A stretch of DNA of 63,951 bases, counting the filler. It is 4 parts of 4 records of this genome, joined end to end, with 100 filler letters (N's around TTAATTAATTAA, not from the genome) between each part and the next. Parts side by side here need not be neighbours in the genome. Positions count along the whole stretch, not along the records: positions 15,383 to 33,601 come from SRR22947727_3430; positions 33,702 to 58,781 come from SRR22947727_3434; 2 more parts are not named here. One strand, written 5' to 3'. A program made the translations under genes and the position numbers. Shown piece after piece: positions 29,082-38,175 of this stretch (positions are counted from its first letter, which is position 1; each line of letters opens with the position of its first letter). The notes under the pieces were generated by a model. That model was not told the origin of the DNA and did no database searches. It saw only the letters and a program-made list of their open reading frames with translations.

Positions 29082-30176
29082 ATGAAAAAGAATCTGAAAG
29101 TCGCTTCAATCTTTGCTCTGCTCGTTCTGTTTTGGCTTGCCTCGGGCCTTTTCACAAGCCCAAAAACCCCAACGCCCAATTTATTAGACGCGCTACAGGC
29201 AGTTTCAGATTCATCTTTGCCTTCTGTCGCAGTTGAGCAGATACGTTCTGAACCCAGAAACCAGAGCCACATATTGCGCGGTAAAACGGTGAGTCAACAG
29301 ACTGCGAGTATTAGCACTGAAATTTCGGGCCGGGTGACTTCACGACCCGTAGCAAGAGGAGCTCGTGTCGCAACAGGACAAATACTGTGTGAGATTGCAA
29401 CCGACGACAAAGCCGCACTGGTCGCCGAGGCACGCGCAGCAGTCACTCAGGCAGAGATCGAGTACAACGGTGCGTTAGTCCTGCGAAGTGATAATTTGCT
29501 CGCAGAAGCTCAGGCTGCACAGCTCTCCACACGGCTCGAAGCCGCAAAGGCGAATCTGCTCCGCCGAGAACTGGATTTGAGTCGCACAAAGGTCAAGGCG
29601 CCGTTTTCTGGCGTAGTTGACGTGCAACACATGGTGGTGGGCGATCTCGCAAGAGTGGGCGATGTGTGTGCCACCTTGATCAATTTAGATCCGATCTTAG
29701 TGGAGGTATCCGTCCCTGAGCGGGATATCGGTAAGCTGCGCTTGGGTGAGGCGGTGAGCGCGCGAACCAGCATCGGTAATTACCTTGAAGGCTCGATAAC
29801 CTTTATAGGTAGTCAAGCTGACGATGTGACTCGCACCTACCCGATTGAAGTAACAGTCCCTAATGCGGACTATCAAATTCGAGCCGGGCTCACGGCGGCG
29901 GTACATTTGACCGGAGAAGCCGTGAACGCTCATCGTGTATCCCCCTCGCTGTTCACCTTAAATGATGACGGGGCACTGGGTCTCAGAACGATCGACCACG
30001 AGAATCGAGTTGAGTTCTATCCCGTCGTCATTATTGAAGATTCTCCGGATGGAGCATGGGTAACAGGACTACCAGAAAATGCCCGCCTGATTACGCTTGG
30101 TCACGAATTTGTAGCGGAAGGCCAGATCGTGGAGGTACGAGCAACCACGGGTGAAGTATTAGGAGTCTCTCACTAA
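29082..30176 (+). CDS. RND efflux periplasmic adaptor (membrane fusion protein)
   Basis: N-terminal TM, lipoyl-like ISGRV and VKAPFSGVV, TRTYPIEV. Confidence 0.92.
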   Translation: MKKNLKVASIFALLVLFWLASGLFTSPKTPTPNLLDALQAVSDSSLPSVAVEQIRSEPRNQSHILRGKTVSQQTASISTEISGRVTSRPVARGARVATGQILCEIATDDKAALVAEARAAVTQAEIEYNGALVLRSDNLLAEAQAAQLSTRLEAAKANLLRRELDLSRTKVKAPFSGVVDVQHMVVGDLARVGDVCATLINLDPILVEVSVPERDIGKLRLGEAVSARTSIGNYLEGSITFIGSQADDVTRTYPIEVTVPNADYQIRAGLTAAVHLTGEAVNAHRVSPSLFTLNDDGALGLRTIDHENRVEFYPVVIIEDSPDGAWVTGLPENARLITLGHEFVAEGQIVEVRATTGEVLGVSH

Positions 30177-33100
30177 TGATGGGATTCATTGACGCAGCGA
30201 TCAGTCGTTCGCGTACCACGCTGATGATGATGTCGATGGTGGTCTTGTGTGGGCTGCTGGCGCGTGCAGCGTTGCCGATAGCCAACGATCCTCACATTGT
30301 GCTCCCTTACTTTTTAATTGGCGTCATGCACGAAGGCATCTCTCCTGAGGATGGTGAGCGCCTACTGATACAACCAGTAGAGGTGGAATTACGCAAAGTT
30401 GAGGGCATCAAGGAAATTTCAGCGATAGCGAATGAAGGCTTTGTTTCTCTGGGCGTAGAATTCGAACCTGAGATTGACTTGAAGGTGGCTCTGCTCGATA
30501 CCCGCGAAGCTGTTAATCGCGCTAAATCGGAAATGCCTACCACCGCAGAAGAGCCTTTTGTTGAACAGCTTAATGTTGACGATTTCCCATTGCTGCAGAT
30601 TAACCTGTTATCCGAAGGTGCCAGTGAAAGACAAATGTATGAGGCAATCCTCTCCCTCCGCGATGCCATTGAGACCGTACCTTCTGTCCTCAGTGCAGAC
30701 ATGCGAGGCTCCCGCGAGGAAGTTTTGGAGGTTCTTATTGACCCCGAAGCGCTTGAGGCATATCGGATTTCGAGTGAGGCGCTTGCTGACACCTTACGCC
30801 GAAATAATCGACTGATTGCGGCCGGCAGCCTCGAGACAGGTGGCGGCAGGTTCGCGGTCAAATTGCCTTCAGTAGTTGAGACCGCCGCTGACATTATGAC
30901 GCTGCCCGTACGGGTAAACGGCGACATAGTGGTGACCTTGGCCGATGTCGCTGAAGTACGCCGAACCTTTAAGGATCGCACAAGCTATGCGCGATTCAAT
31001 GGTCAGAAGGCAATGTACATTGAGGTGAAGAAGCGGCCCGATGCGAATGTCATTAAAGCCTCTGATGCGGTGCTGGATATTGTCGAGAAAATGTCACAGC
31101 AGCTCCCACCCAGCATCCGGGTGCAACCTTCACTGATCACATCTGAATTCGCCGAGGTGCAGGTCACAGAACTGCAGGGCAATATTATGACGGCATTGGC
31201 ACTCGTCATGGTCATCGTCGTGGCGGCAATGGGCTTTCGAAGTGGCGTAATCGTCGGACTCGGCATCCCCGTTTCTTTATTATTCTCAGTGATCATCATT
31301 TACTTACTCGGCTACACCTTCAACTTCATGGTGATGTTCGGCATGTTGTTAGGGTTGGGCATGCTAATCGATGGTGCAATTGTGGTAACCGAGTACGCAG
31401 ACCGCAGGATGAGTGAAGGCGCTGATCACAAGGCGGCCTACGCAGAGGCGGTCAAGCGAATGTTTTGGCCAGTCACCGCGTCTACAGCCACAACGCTAGC
31501 TGCCTTTTTACCACTGATGTTTTGGCCGGGGATTCCCGGTCAATTTATGAGTTACTTACCCGTTACTGTATTTACAGTCTTGAGTGGCTCGCTGCTGTAC
31601 GCACTGTTATTCGGTCCTGTGTTAGGCACGATATTTGGTCAGCCTACGGTTCATGCAACGGCGCTTGCGGAGAACCTTGATCAGTTAGAGCATGGCGATC
31701 CAACCCGCTTAAGTGGTTTTACCGGTGCGTATGCGCGTGCAATGACGCGTGTTTGTGCGCGGCCTGTGTCAGTACTGGGCGCTATCGCCCTTTTATTGAT
31801 CAGTATTTTTTGGGCATATGGTCAATACGGAAAGGGCACCATCTTCTTCAATGATACTGACCCACAGTTTCTGACTGTTTCCGTCAGTGGGCGCGGGAAT
31901 TTCTCCGCCTCCGAAGTCGATAAGCTGGTGCGGCGCGTTGAGCAGCGCATGTTCAGCGTTCCTGGTATCCGGTCTATGAACACCCAAACATTGCTGCCCG
32001 GCTCGAGTGGCGGAGGACCTGACGCCGTAGCTGACAGAATTGGTGTCGTGTTTATTGAGCTGACGCCCGAGTCTGATCGCAGCCAATCAGGTTTCGACGT
32101 CATTCGCATTATCCGTGAAAGAACGCTAGACCTGCCCGGTTTACGTGTCGAGGTCCAGCCAGTAGAGCAAGGCCCGAGCATTGGAAAGCCGATTCAAATT
32201 GAGCTTCGATCAAGATATCGAGAACTGCTGAAGCCTGCGATGGCTGAAATCAGAGATTATCTGGATACCTTGCCTGAACTCATTGATATTGACGATACTC
32301 GGGCCCTACCCTCGATCGAGTGGCGAATGGAGGTAGACCGCGCTCAAGCGGCGATCTATGGGGCAGATGTCACGACCTCAGGCGTTGCATTGCAACTGGT
32401 TACCAGTGGGGTGAAAGTCGCTGAATACCGTCCATCTGGTGCGGATGATGCGGTGGACATCCGTGCCCGATATCCGCGCGAATACCGGGGCATAAAGGCT
32501 ATGGAGTCGATCAAAGTCAGTACCGATAAGGGCCTGGTCCCATTGAGTAATTTCGTCTCAGTAGAGCCGGCCCAGGGCGTCGATACGTTGCGCAGAATCA
32601 ACGGCTTTCCTACAGAGCGCATCAGAGCGCAAGTTTTGGAGGGCGTGATACCCGATAATGTCGTTGCTCACTTAAAGGTTTGGCTGGGTGAGCAAGATTT
32701 TGATCCGCGCATTGATATTCAGTTTAGGGGCGCCAACGAGGAACAAGCGGAGAGCATCGCTTTTGTGTCAGTCGCGTTCTTGCTGTCACTGCTGCTCATG
32801 TTTGTGTTGTTGGTCACCCAATTCAATAGTTTTTATCAAAGTCTGCTGATTTTATTAGCGGTCATTATGTCAACTGCCGGGGTGCTCGTCGGGCTATTGC
32901 TCACTGGCAGTGCTTTCAGTGCAATTTTGACGGGTATTGGTATCGTCTCTCTCGCGGGTATCGTTGTTAATAATAATATCGTGCTCATTGATACCTTTAA
33001 TTACGTGCGACAGCGACACCCTGAACTGCCACTGAACAGTATCATCGTCCGGGCTACCGCCCAACGTCTGCGCCCCGTGATGCTCACAACTGCGACGACG

Positions 33101-33343
33101 GTTTTTGGGCTGCTGCCTTTGGCGCTCAGCATGTCGGTGGATCTTATCAATCGTAATATTAAGGCTGGTGGTCAGATGGCAGTGTTCTGGGAACCTTTAT
33201 CGCAGGCTATTGTCTTTGGCTTATCCTTTGCAGCGCTTTTGACCCTCGTCGCCACGCCCGCGCTGCTTGCTTTGCCATCGTATATTCGTGTTCGATGGCA
33301 GAGGGCGAATGATCCAAACCGTGCTCAAGTTGACTTGGGTTAA
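30176..33343 (+). CDS. RND efflux permease (AcrB/AcrD/AcrF family)
   Basis: 1055 aa; GMLIDGAIVV, GIVVNNNIVL, RLRPVMLT. Confidence 0.95.
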   Translation: MMGFIDAAISRSRTTLMMMSMVVLCGLLARAALPIANDPHIVLPYFLIGVMHEGISPEDGERLLIQPVEVELRKVEGIKEISAIANEGFVSLGVEFEPEIDLKVALLDTREAVNRAKSEMPTTAEEPFVEQLNVDDFPLLQINLLSEGASERQMYEAILSLRDAIETVPSVLSADMRGSREEVLEVLIDPEALEAYRISSEALADTLRRNNRLIAAGSLETGGGRFAVKLPSVVETAADIMTLPVRVNGDIVVTLADVAEVRRTFKDRTSYARFNGQKAMYIEVKKRPDANVIKASDAVLDIVEKMSQQLPPSIRVQPSLITSEFAEVQVTELQGNIMTALALVMVIVVAAMGFRSGVIVGLGIPVSLLFSVIIIYLLGYTFNFMVMFGMLLGLGMLIDGAIVVTEYADRRMSEGADHKAAYAEAVKRMFWPVTASTATTLAAFLPLMFWPGIPGQFMSYLPVTVFTVLSGSLLYALLFGPVLGTIFGQPTVHATALAENLDQLEHGDPTRLSGFTGAYARAMTRVCARPVSVLGAIALLLISIFWAYGQYGKGTIFFNDTDPQFLTVSVSGRGNFSASEVDKLVRRVEQRMFSVPGIRSMNTQTLLPGSSGGGPDAVADRIGVVFIELTPESDRSQSGFDVIRIIRERTLDLPGLRVEVQPVEQGPSIGKPIQIELRSRYRELLKPAMAEIRDYLDTLPELIDIDDTRALPSIEWRMEVDRAQAAIYGADVTTSGVALQLVTSGVKVAEYRPSGADDAVDIRARYPREYRGIKAMESIKVSTDKGLVPLSNFVSVEPAQGVDTLRRINGFPTERIRAQVLEGVIPDNVVAHLKVWLGEQDFDPRIDIQFRGANEEQAESIAFVSVAFLLSLLLMFVLLVTQFNSFYQSLLILLAVIMSTAGVLVGLLLTGSAFSAILTGIGIVSLAGIVVNNNIVLIDTFNYVRQRHPELPLNSIIVRATAQRLRPVMLTTATTVFGLLPLALSMSVDLINRNIKAGGQMAVFWEPLSQAIVFGLSFAALLTLVATPALLALPSYIRVRWQRANDPNRAQVDLG

Positions 33344-33571
33344 CACCCTTATCAGGTGGCACCTGGATGATCGCGATGTCCGAGCGATTGATGATCAATA
33401 CCTTGTACTCAGATCTGAGTGGGCAACTCTCTCACCTAAGTTTAGTCCAGATTGATTGCTGATCTGTGGTCCAGAGTCATATCGCACTCAAGCGACGGGC
33501 TAAATGCTGACGCCCAAGGCGCCTGAAGAGGCGCACTTTTTCACGCAAGATATTGAATTTAATGTCGATGG

Positions 33572-33601
33572 TGGTGGAGCCAGACGGGATCGAACCGACG
33601 A
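33572..33601 (-). tRNA. 3' fragment of tRNA-Ala (T-arm, acceptor strand, CCA)
   Basis: Minus strand TCGTCGGTTCGATCCCGTCTGGCTCCACCA; truncated by the contig end, anticodon not visible. Confidence 0.8.
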
Positions 33602-33701
33602 NNNNNNNNNNNNNNNNNNNNNNNNNNNNNNNNNNNNNNNNNNNNTTAATTAATTAANNNNNNNNNNNNNNNNNNNNNNNNNNNNNNNNNNNNNNNNNNN
33701 N
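33602..33701. other. Artificial contig-joining spacer
   Basis: N44-TTAATTAATTAA-N44. Confidence 0.99.
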
Positions 33702-34989
33702 TCTTGCCATCGTCTACATTTAGTGGTGCGCCAGCTTCTAAAACTTTATTGGCATTAGCCTGATACCCAGCACCCCAAAGGTTTTTAGGTAGGCCAATGG
33801 CTTTGTTGTAGATTAGTTGTGCTAGGCCGCCGTAGATTTCGCCGCCGTTACCGCGTCCACGAGAGCCGGTCATGCGCATGTTAGAAAACGTTTGGATTGC
33901 GTAGTCTACACGGGCTTTATTCACTGTGCCGTCTGCCATAGTGAACGCGCTTTCGATAGCTGCGCGATTAGCAGGGTCAGCAAACCATCTCTTTAGGTTG
34001 TTAAACTGAGCAGGCATAACCTGCATACCGCCTACAGCACCCTTACGGCTTTTGCCTCCAGCCCGTCCAAAGTCAGACTCGATACCAAAAATAGCAATCG
34101 CAGCAAAAGGGTCGATGCCCATTTCATTAGCAGCTTTATAAATTTCTTGTACTTTATTACTGCCAATCTGAGTCTTAAGCCCTTCGATACGGCCAGTAAT
34201 TAGTTTCTCTGTGCGTGCTGCAGACTTGTTGGAAACCTCAGAGGTAACTCGCTGGTCACGCTGAGAAGAATACTCATTTGCAAACGCAATCGGGTCTTGC
34301 TTGGCAGTAGCTAAAAGCTCAGGTTTGTTATAAAACAGACGGAACGCTTCATTACTAGACCACCACTTATACGCATCGCCCTGTTCTTTGGTGACGTTAC
34401 GCCCAGCTATACCTGCTTTACGCCTGATACCCGCTGACTTCATAACTTCGCTTATAGAAGTTTGTAGACTCTTGCGCTTGGCAATCTCTCCAGATTTAGC
34501 GGCACTATTAAATGTGGATAAGTCAGGGAGTTCTGGGCCTAGCTTAGGTAGTAGGTCAGCACCATCTTGCGCAAAAGGGTCTAGAAGCGGTGTATCGCCG
34601 CCAGGTTTTAGTGAACCGTCTGCCGATGGCTCTATAACAAGGCTACCATCTGGATTGCGCTTAGGCGCTAGCTCTGGCTCTGTTACTTTATCCGCTTCAT
34701 CTATACCTTGCGCCACACCGCCTTCTTGATCGACAGGTGGAGGTTTAGGGATGTCACGCAGGCCAGGTTGTTGTAGGTTGTCAAACGCAAACGCATCGCC
34801 AGGATTAAAGGGGGCAACTTGCCGCACAGCCTCAGGGTCTGCAGGCTTAGCAGAGTTCATCATGTCTTTAGTAAACTGGTTCTTACGCTGCAGTGCTTGC
34901 AGCTTACTAGCTGAATCAACAGCTACCGCGTAGTCATTCGCCGACTGCATTCCCAGTGCGCCACCTATAAAATTTCCGAGCAATGCCAT
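33702..34989 (-). CDS. Internal virion/ejection protein with lytic transglycosylase (SLT) domain, 3'-truncated
   Basis: GIDPFAAIAIFGIESDF and GAVGGMQVMP SLT motifs. Confidence 0.8.
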
Positions 34990-35001
34990 CCGGTTTACCC
35001 C

Positions 35002-36444
35002 TTAAATTTGGTACGATTTGCCAGATTGGTAGAAAGGTGTGAAACCTTCTGTATCAATCCCAGCTTTCTTTTTTGGTTTTGCTTTGTTGCTGTTCCAGTA
35101 GCTATCTGCGCCGTAGCCAGTTCCTGATGTGGTATTGAACCCAGCAAACAAGTCAGAGATATTCTTACCCGCACCTTGTGAAGCTAGTACAGCTGCATCT
35201 TCAGCTTTCTGAGTGTCCTGAGACAAACTCTGAAGCGCGTTAGTGTACGTAGCAAAGTTTGAAGAATTAGGAATCGCTGATAGCCCAGCTTGTGTCACTT
35301 TGTTCTGAGCAGTTAGACCTTGTTGGAATCCTTGGTCGTAACGAGAGCTAACATTACGCGCTGAGTCTAGGCTCATACGGCGCTTTTCTGCTTCACTGAC
35401 ATCACGGCCACCGCTCTGTAATGAAGCTTTACGATACTGCTCACGCAGCTTGCGCTGTTGGTCAATGGCTTCTTTGTTAGCCGCTTGGAACGCCATGTAT
35501 GTAGGGTCGTACTGCTCTGCTTGCTGTAAGAAACCCTTAGCCGCTTCCATCTGGGCGTTAAACGCATTCTCATCGCGCTCTTTAAGCTCCGCAAGTTCAG
35601 CTTTACGCATCTCAAGTAGCTCACGCTGTTCTGGTGGCATCTCTGGATCAGGTGCCATTGCCGCACCTAGTAGTTGAGCACCGGCCTGCATTGTCAAACT
35701 AGCCAAGGCAGCAGGGTCTGTGACCTTACTAACAAGTGCTGAGCCTGCGTCTTTCATGTATGCACCTGACTTAGCCATAAACGAAGCGTCAGGGGGAAGT
35801 TGGGACATTGCAGTTTCAGATACGACTTTATTAGATAGCTGGTCTGCTGCGGTATTTCCTACACTGCTATCCCTAAGGCTCGCTTCAATTACGCCGTCTT
35901 GTGGCCTTGTCGAACTAAATGTTTCTAAAGTCCCTTCCCCGCTAGTAGTATTTAATGAGGCATTTTCCACCCCGCCAGTAGTATTTAGCCCAGCTGTTTC
36001 TGCCCCTGGTGCTGTTCCTAGGCCGTAGTCTGCCGCAGTAGCCTGAATACCTGTCTGGTTGACGTTACCGAGACCCGCTCCAGTGCTTTGTGCAACACCG
36101 TAACCACCGATGCCGCCGCCGATTGCGCCCATAATCGCGCCTGACTTAACATCGCCGCCCATAACCTTTGCTGAAACGGCTCCGAGTCCTGCACCGACAA
36201 TCGCTGAACTAACAACAGCCCCTGCAGTAGTGGCAGCAAAAGATGATACAGCAGCTCCTAAAAAACCGGAAGCCGCAATCGAACTTGCAATGGCAGGTGC
36301 CGCGATTGGGATAGCAACTGCAACAACGACAGCTAGGACTTTCTTAACCCCGCCGCCGTGCTCAGTTGGTTGAATACGTCTTACGATAGTTCCGTTAGTG
36401 GGCCTAAGTGCAACCACCATCGGGTTTATTGTGATAGCTGTCAT
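35002..36444 (-). CDS. Putative DNA ejection/pilot protein
   Basis: Gly/Ala-rich hydrophobic N-terminal region, Gln-rich coiled C-terminal region, position before the SLT protein. Confidence 0.65.
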   Translation of the reverse strand: MTAITINPMVVALRPTNGTIVRRIQPTEHGGGVKKVLAVVVAVAIPIAAPAIASSIAASGFLGAAVSSFAATTAGAVVSSAIVGAGLGAVSAKVMGGDVKSGAIMGAIGGGIGGYGVAQSTGAGLGNVNQTGIQATAADYGLGTAPGAETAGLNTTGGVENASLNTTSGEGTLETFSSTRPQDGVIEASLRDSSVGNTAADQLSNKVVSETAMSQLPPDASFMAKSGAYMKDAGSALVSKVTDPAALASLTMQAGAQLLGAAMAPDPEMPPEQRELLEMRKAELAELKERDENAFNAQMEAAKGFLQQAEQYDPTYMAFQAANKEAIDQQRKLREQYRKASLQSGGRDVSEAEKRRMSLDSARNVSSRYDQGFQQGLTAQNKVTQAGLSAIPNSSNFATYTNALQSLSQDTQKAEDAAVLASQGAGKNISDLFAGFNTTSGTGYGADSYWNSNKAKPKKKAGIDTEGFTPFYQSGKSYQI

Positions 36445-36445
36445 T

Positions 36446-36934
36446 TTAGACCTCCATTAAATCTTGTTTTAGCTGGACATACTTACGCTCAAAGCCAACA
36501 GTTGAAAGAATACGCTCCATTCCAGGGGCTACCGAGCACTCAATCTGTGTAACACCACAGATACGTGCCCATCCACAGACATCAGCCCAGAACTTTTTAA
36601 TAAGGTGCCGAAGGTCTTTACCGCCCATAGCCACAACATTCATAGCTGTGTACTGCGGGTAATATACTAGCTGTAAAACCAAAATTAATTTTACGTCTGG
36701 TAATTCAGTGTCGTCATTTTTTACTGCTATGGCATACATATGGCCTTGCATGACGCTTGTATAAAGATCGTCTATAGTGCACTCACCGTGCATACCTTCT
36801 AAGCATCTATCTAAATGCGGCACGCATTGCGCCCAGTATTTATCCACTAGCTCCTGAGTAGAAAGCAAAATAGCCTCATACTTTTTAGGTACGAGGTTCT
36901 CTGATTCTGGCTGTTCTACTACTTGTAAGGTCAT
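36446..36934 (-). CDS. Phage protein, possible GNAT-like fold
   Basis: C-terminal MERILSTVGFERKY pattern; position between tail and ejection genes. Confidence 0.55.
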   Translation of the reverse strand: MTLQVVEQPESENLVPKKYEAILLSTQELVDKYWAQCVPHLDRCLEGMHGECTIDDLYTSVMQGHMYAIAVKNDDTELPDVKLILVLQLVYYPQYTAMNVVAMGGKDLRHLIKKFWADVCGWARICGVTQIECSVAPGMERILSTVGFERKYVQLKQDLMEV

Positions 36935-37821
36935 GCTACGTCTGTCTTTCCATCTTTACCAATTAGTTTGTCAAAAAACTCAGTGCCTTTCTTAGCTACG
37001 ATATCTTTAGGGATAACGTATTCGCCGCCCTCTACTTCGATTTCGCCACCATTCTTCATCTTTACGCGGACGCCGCCATTGTCGTGGGACGGGCCGTTAA
37101 CCATACCGCCAAACTCCATCTCTTGCACCGGAGGTTGTTGCATCGGCATCTGCTGCGCTGGCATCTGCTGCCCTGCGGATTCAATCTGTACGTCTGCCGC
37201 CATAGCCTTAGCCGCTGTAACAAGCGCGATAACTAGCCCCTGATCGTATTCCATTGGTAGATCATTTGGCCCTGCTAGACCACGATCAATGGCAAACTGT
37301 CGAAGCTGTGGGTACATAGATGGGTTCTGCATAGCCACTTGAGCTAGCTGTGTTGCCATCTGAATCTCTTGCTGCGAAATTTCACCTGACTGGATACCTG
37401 CTTCAATAGCTGCACGAATACGCGCCACTACCTCAGGGTTCTTACTAAGCATGTCATTAACTTGCATGTCAGCCATTTGAGGGTTAGGCATACCGCCTCG
37501 TGGCTGCTGAGGCTGTAGACCTGCTTGTTGTGGAGCCATACCCTGCATACCTGCGTTTGGTGGAACCATGCCGCCTTGCTCGAATGTAGATGGCTGCATA
37601 CGAAAATCCAGTACAGGGTACTGAGGATTACCGCCTCGAACGCCTGTAGGGATATTTCCTACTGCCGACTGGTTAATCCCAGGGGTAGGCGCTTGAATTA
37701 GTTGCTGTATACTTGGCGGTAAGTCCATAGATACAGTTGTTGGAATTGCTGCTGGTGTTGCTCCGCCAGCGACAGGAGTAGGTGCCATCGCTGCGGGTGT
37801 TGTATTTGGTGTCATAGCCAT
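36931..37821 (-). CDS. Pro/Gln/Met-rich phage protein with C-terminal GPSH...EGGEYVI domain
   Basis: MEFGGMVNGPSHDNGGV...EVEGGEYVIPK. Confidence 0.75.
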   Translation of the reverse strand: MAMTPNTTPAAMAPTPVAGGATPAAIPTTVSMDLPPSIQQLIQAPTPGINQSAVGNIPTGVRGGNPQYPVLDFRMQPSTFEQGGMVPPNAGMQGMAPQQAGLQPQQPRGGMPNPQMADMQVNDMLSKNPEVVARIRAAIEAGIQSGEISQQEIQMATQLAQVAMQNPSMYPQLRQFAIDRGLAGPNDLPMEYDQGLVIALVTAAKAMAADVQIESAGQQMPAQQMPMQQPPVQEMEFGGMVNGPSHDNGGVRVKMKNGGEIEVEGGEYVIPKDIVAKKGTEFFDKLIGKDGKTDVA

Positions 37822-37827
37822 GTCACA

Positions 37828-38175
37828 TCATCCTTTAAGCTGTCTTATTAAAGCGTTTAATACTGTCCTGTTAAACGCTACATCATTTGCTAAAGTTTGC
37901 ACATCTGTTAATAGCAAACCATAGTCCGTAAGTCCAGCAACCTCTTGGCCACTGATTGTAAAGCCTGTACCTTTTGCAGATACCTGCCTCATATTTTGAT
38001 CTGGTTGTTCAAGTAAAGTTATCTGGCCTTTAGTAATTGCCTTACTAGAGAGGTCAGCTTCACCGCGCAGGCCAGTAAGTAACTCCACGTTTTCTTTTAC
38101 AGTGGTGATAAGTACACTCTGCCAGTCTGTGATTCCCCCTTGGGGAACTGCGGGTATTGCTGTAAACCTTGCCAT
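37828..38175 (-). CDS. Phage structural hypothetical protein (possible tail needle/plug)
   Basis: Follows the nozzle-like gene; coiled-coil C-terminus. Confidence 0.6.
   Translation of the reverse strand: MARFTAIPAVPQGGITDWQSVLITTVKENVELLTGLRGEADLSSKAITKGQITLLEQPDQNMRQVSAKGTGFTISGQEVAGLTDYGLLLTDVQTLANDVAFNRTVLNALIRQLKG

Noticed and set aside
33572-34989. Prophage integrated at tRNA-Ala
   Set aside because: An artificial spacer separates the tRNA from the phage DNA, and no integrase is present
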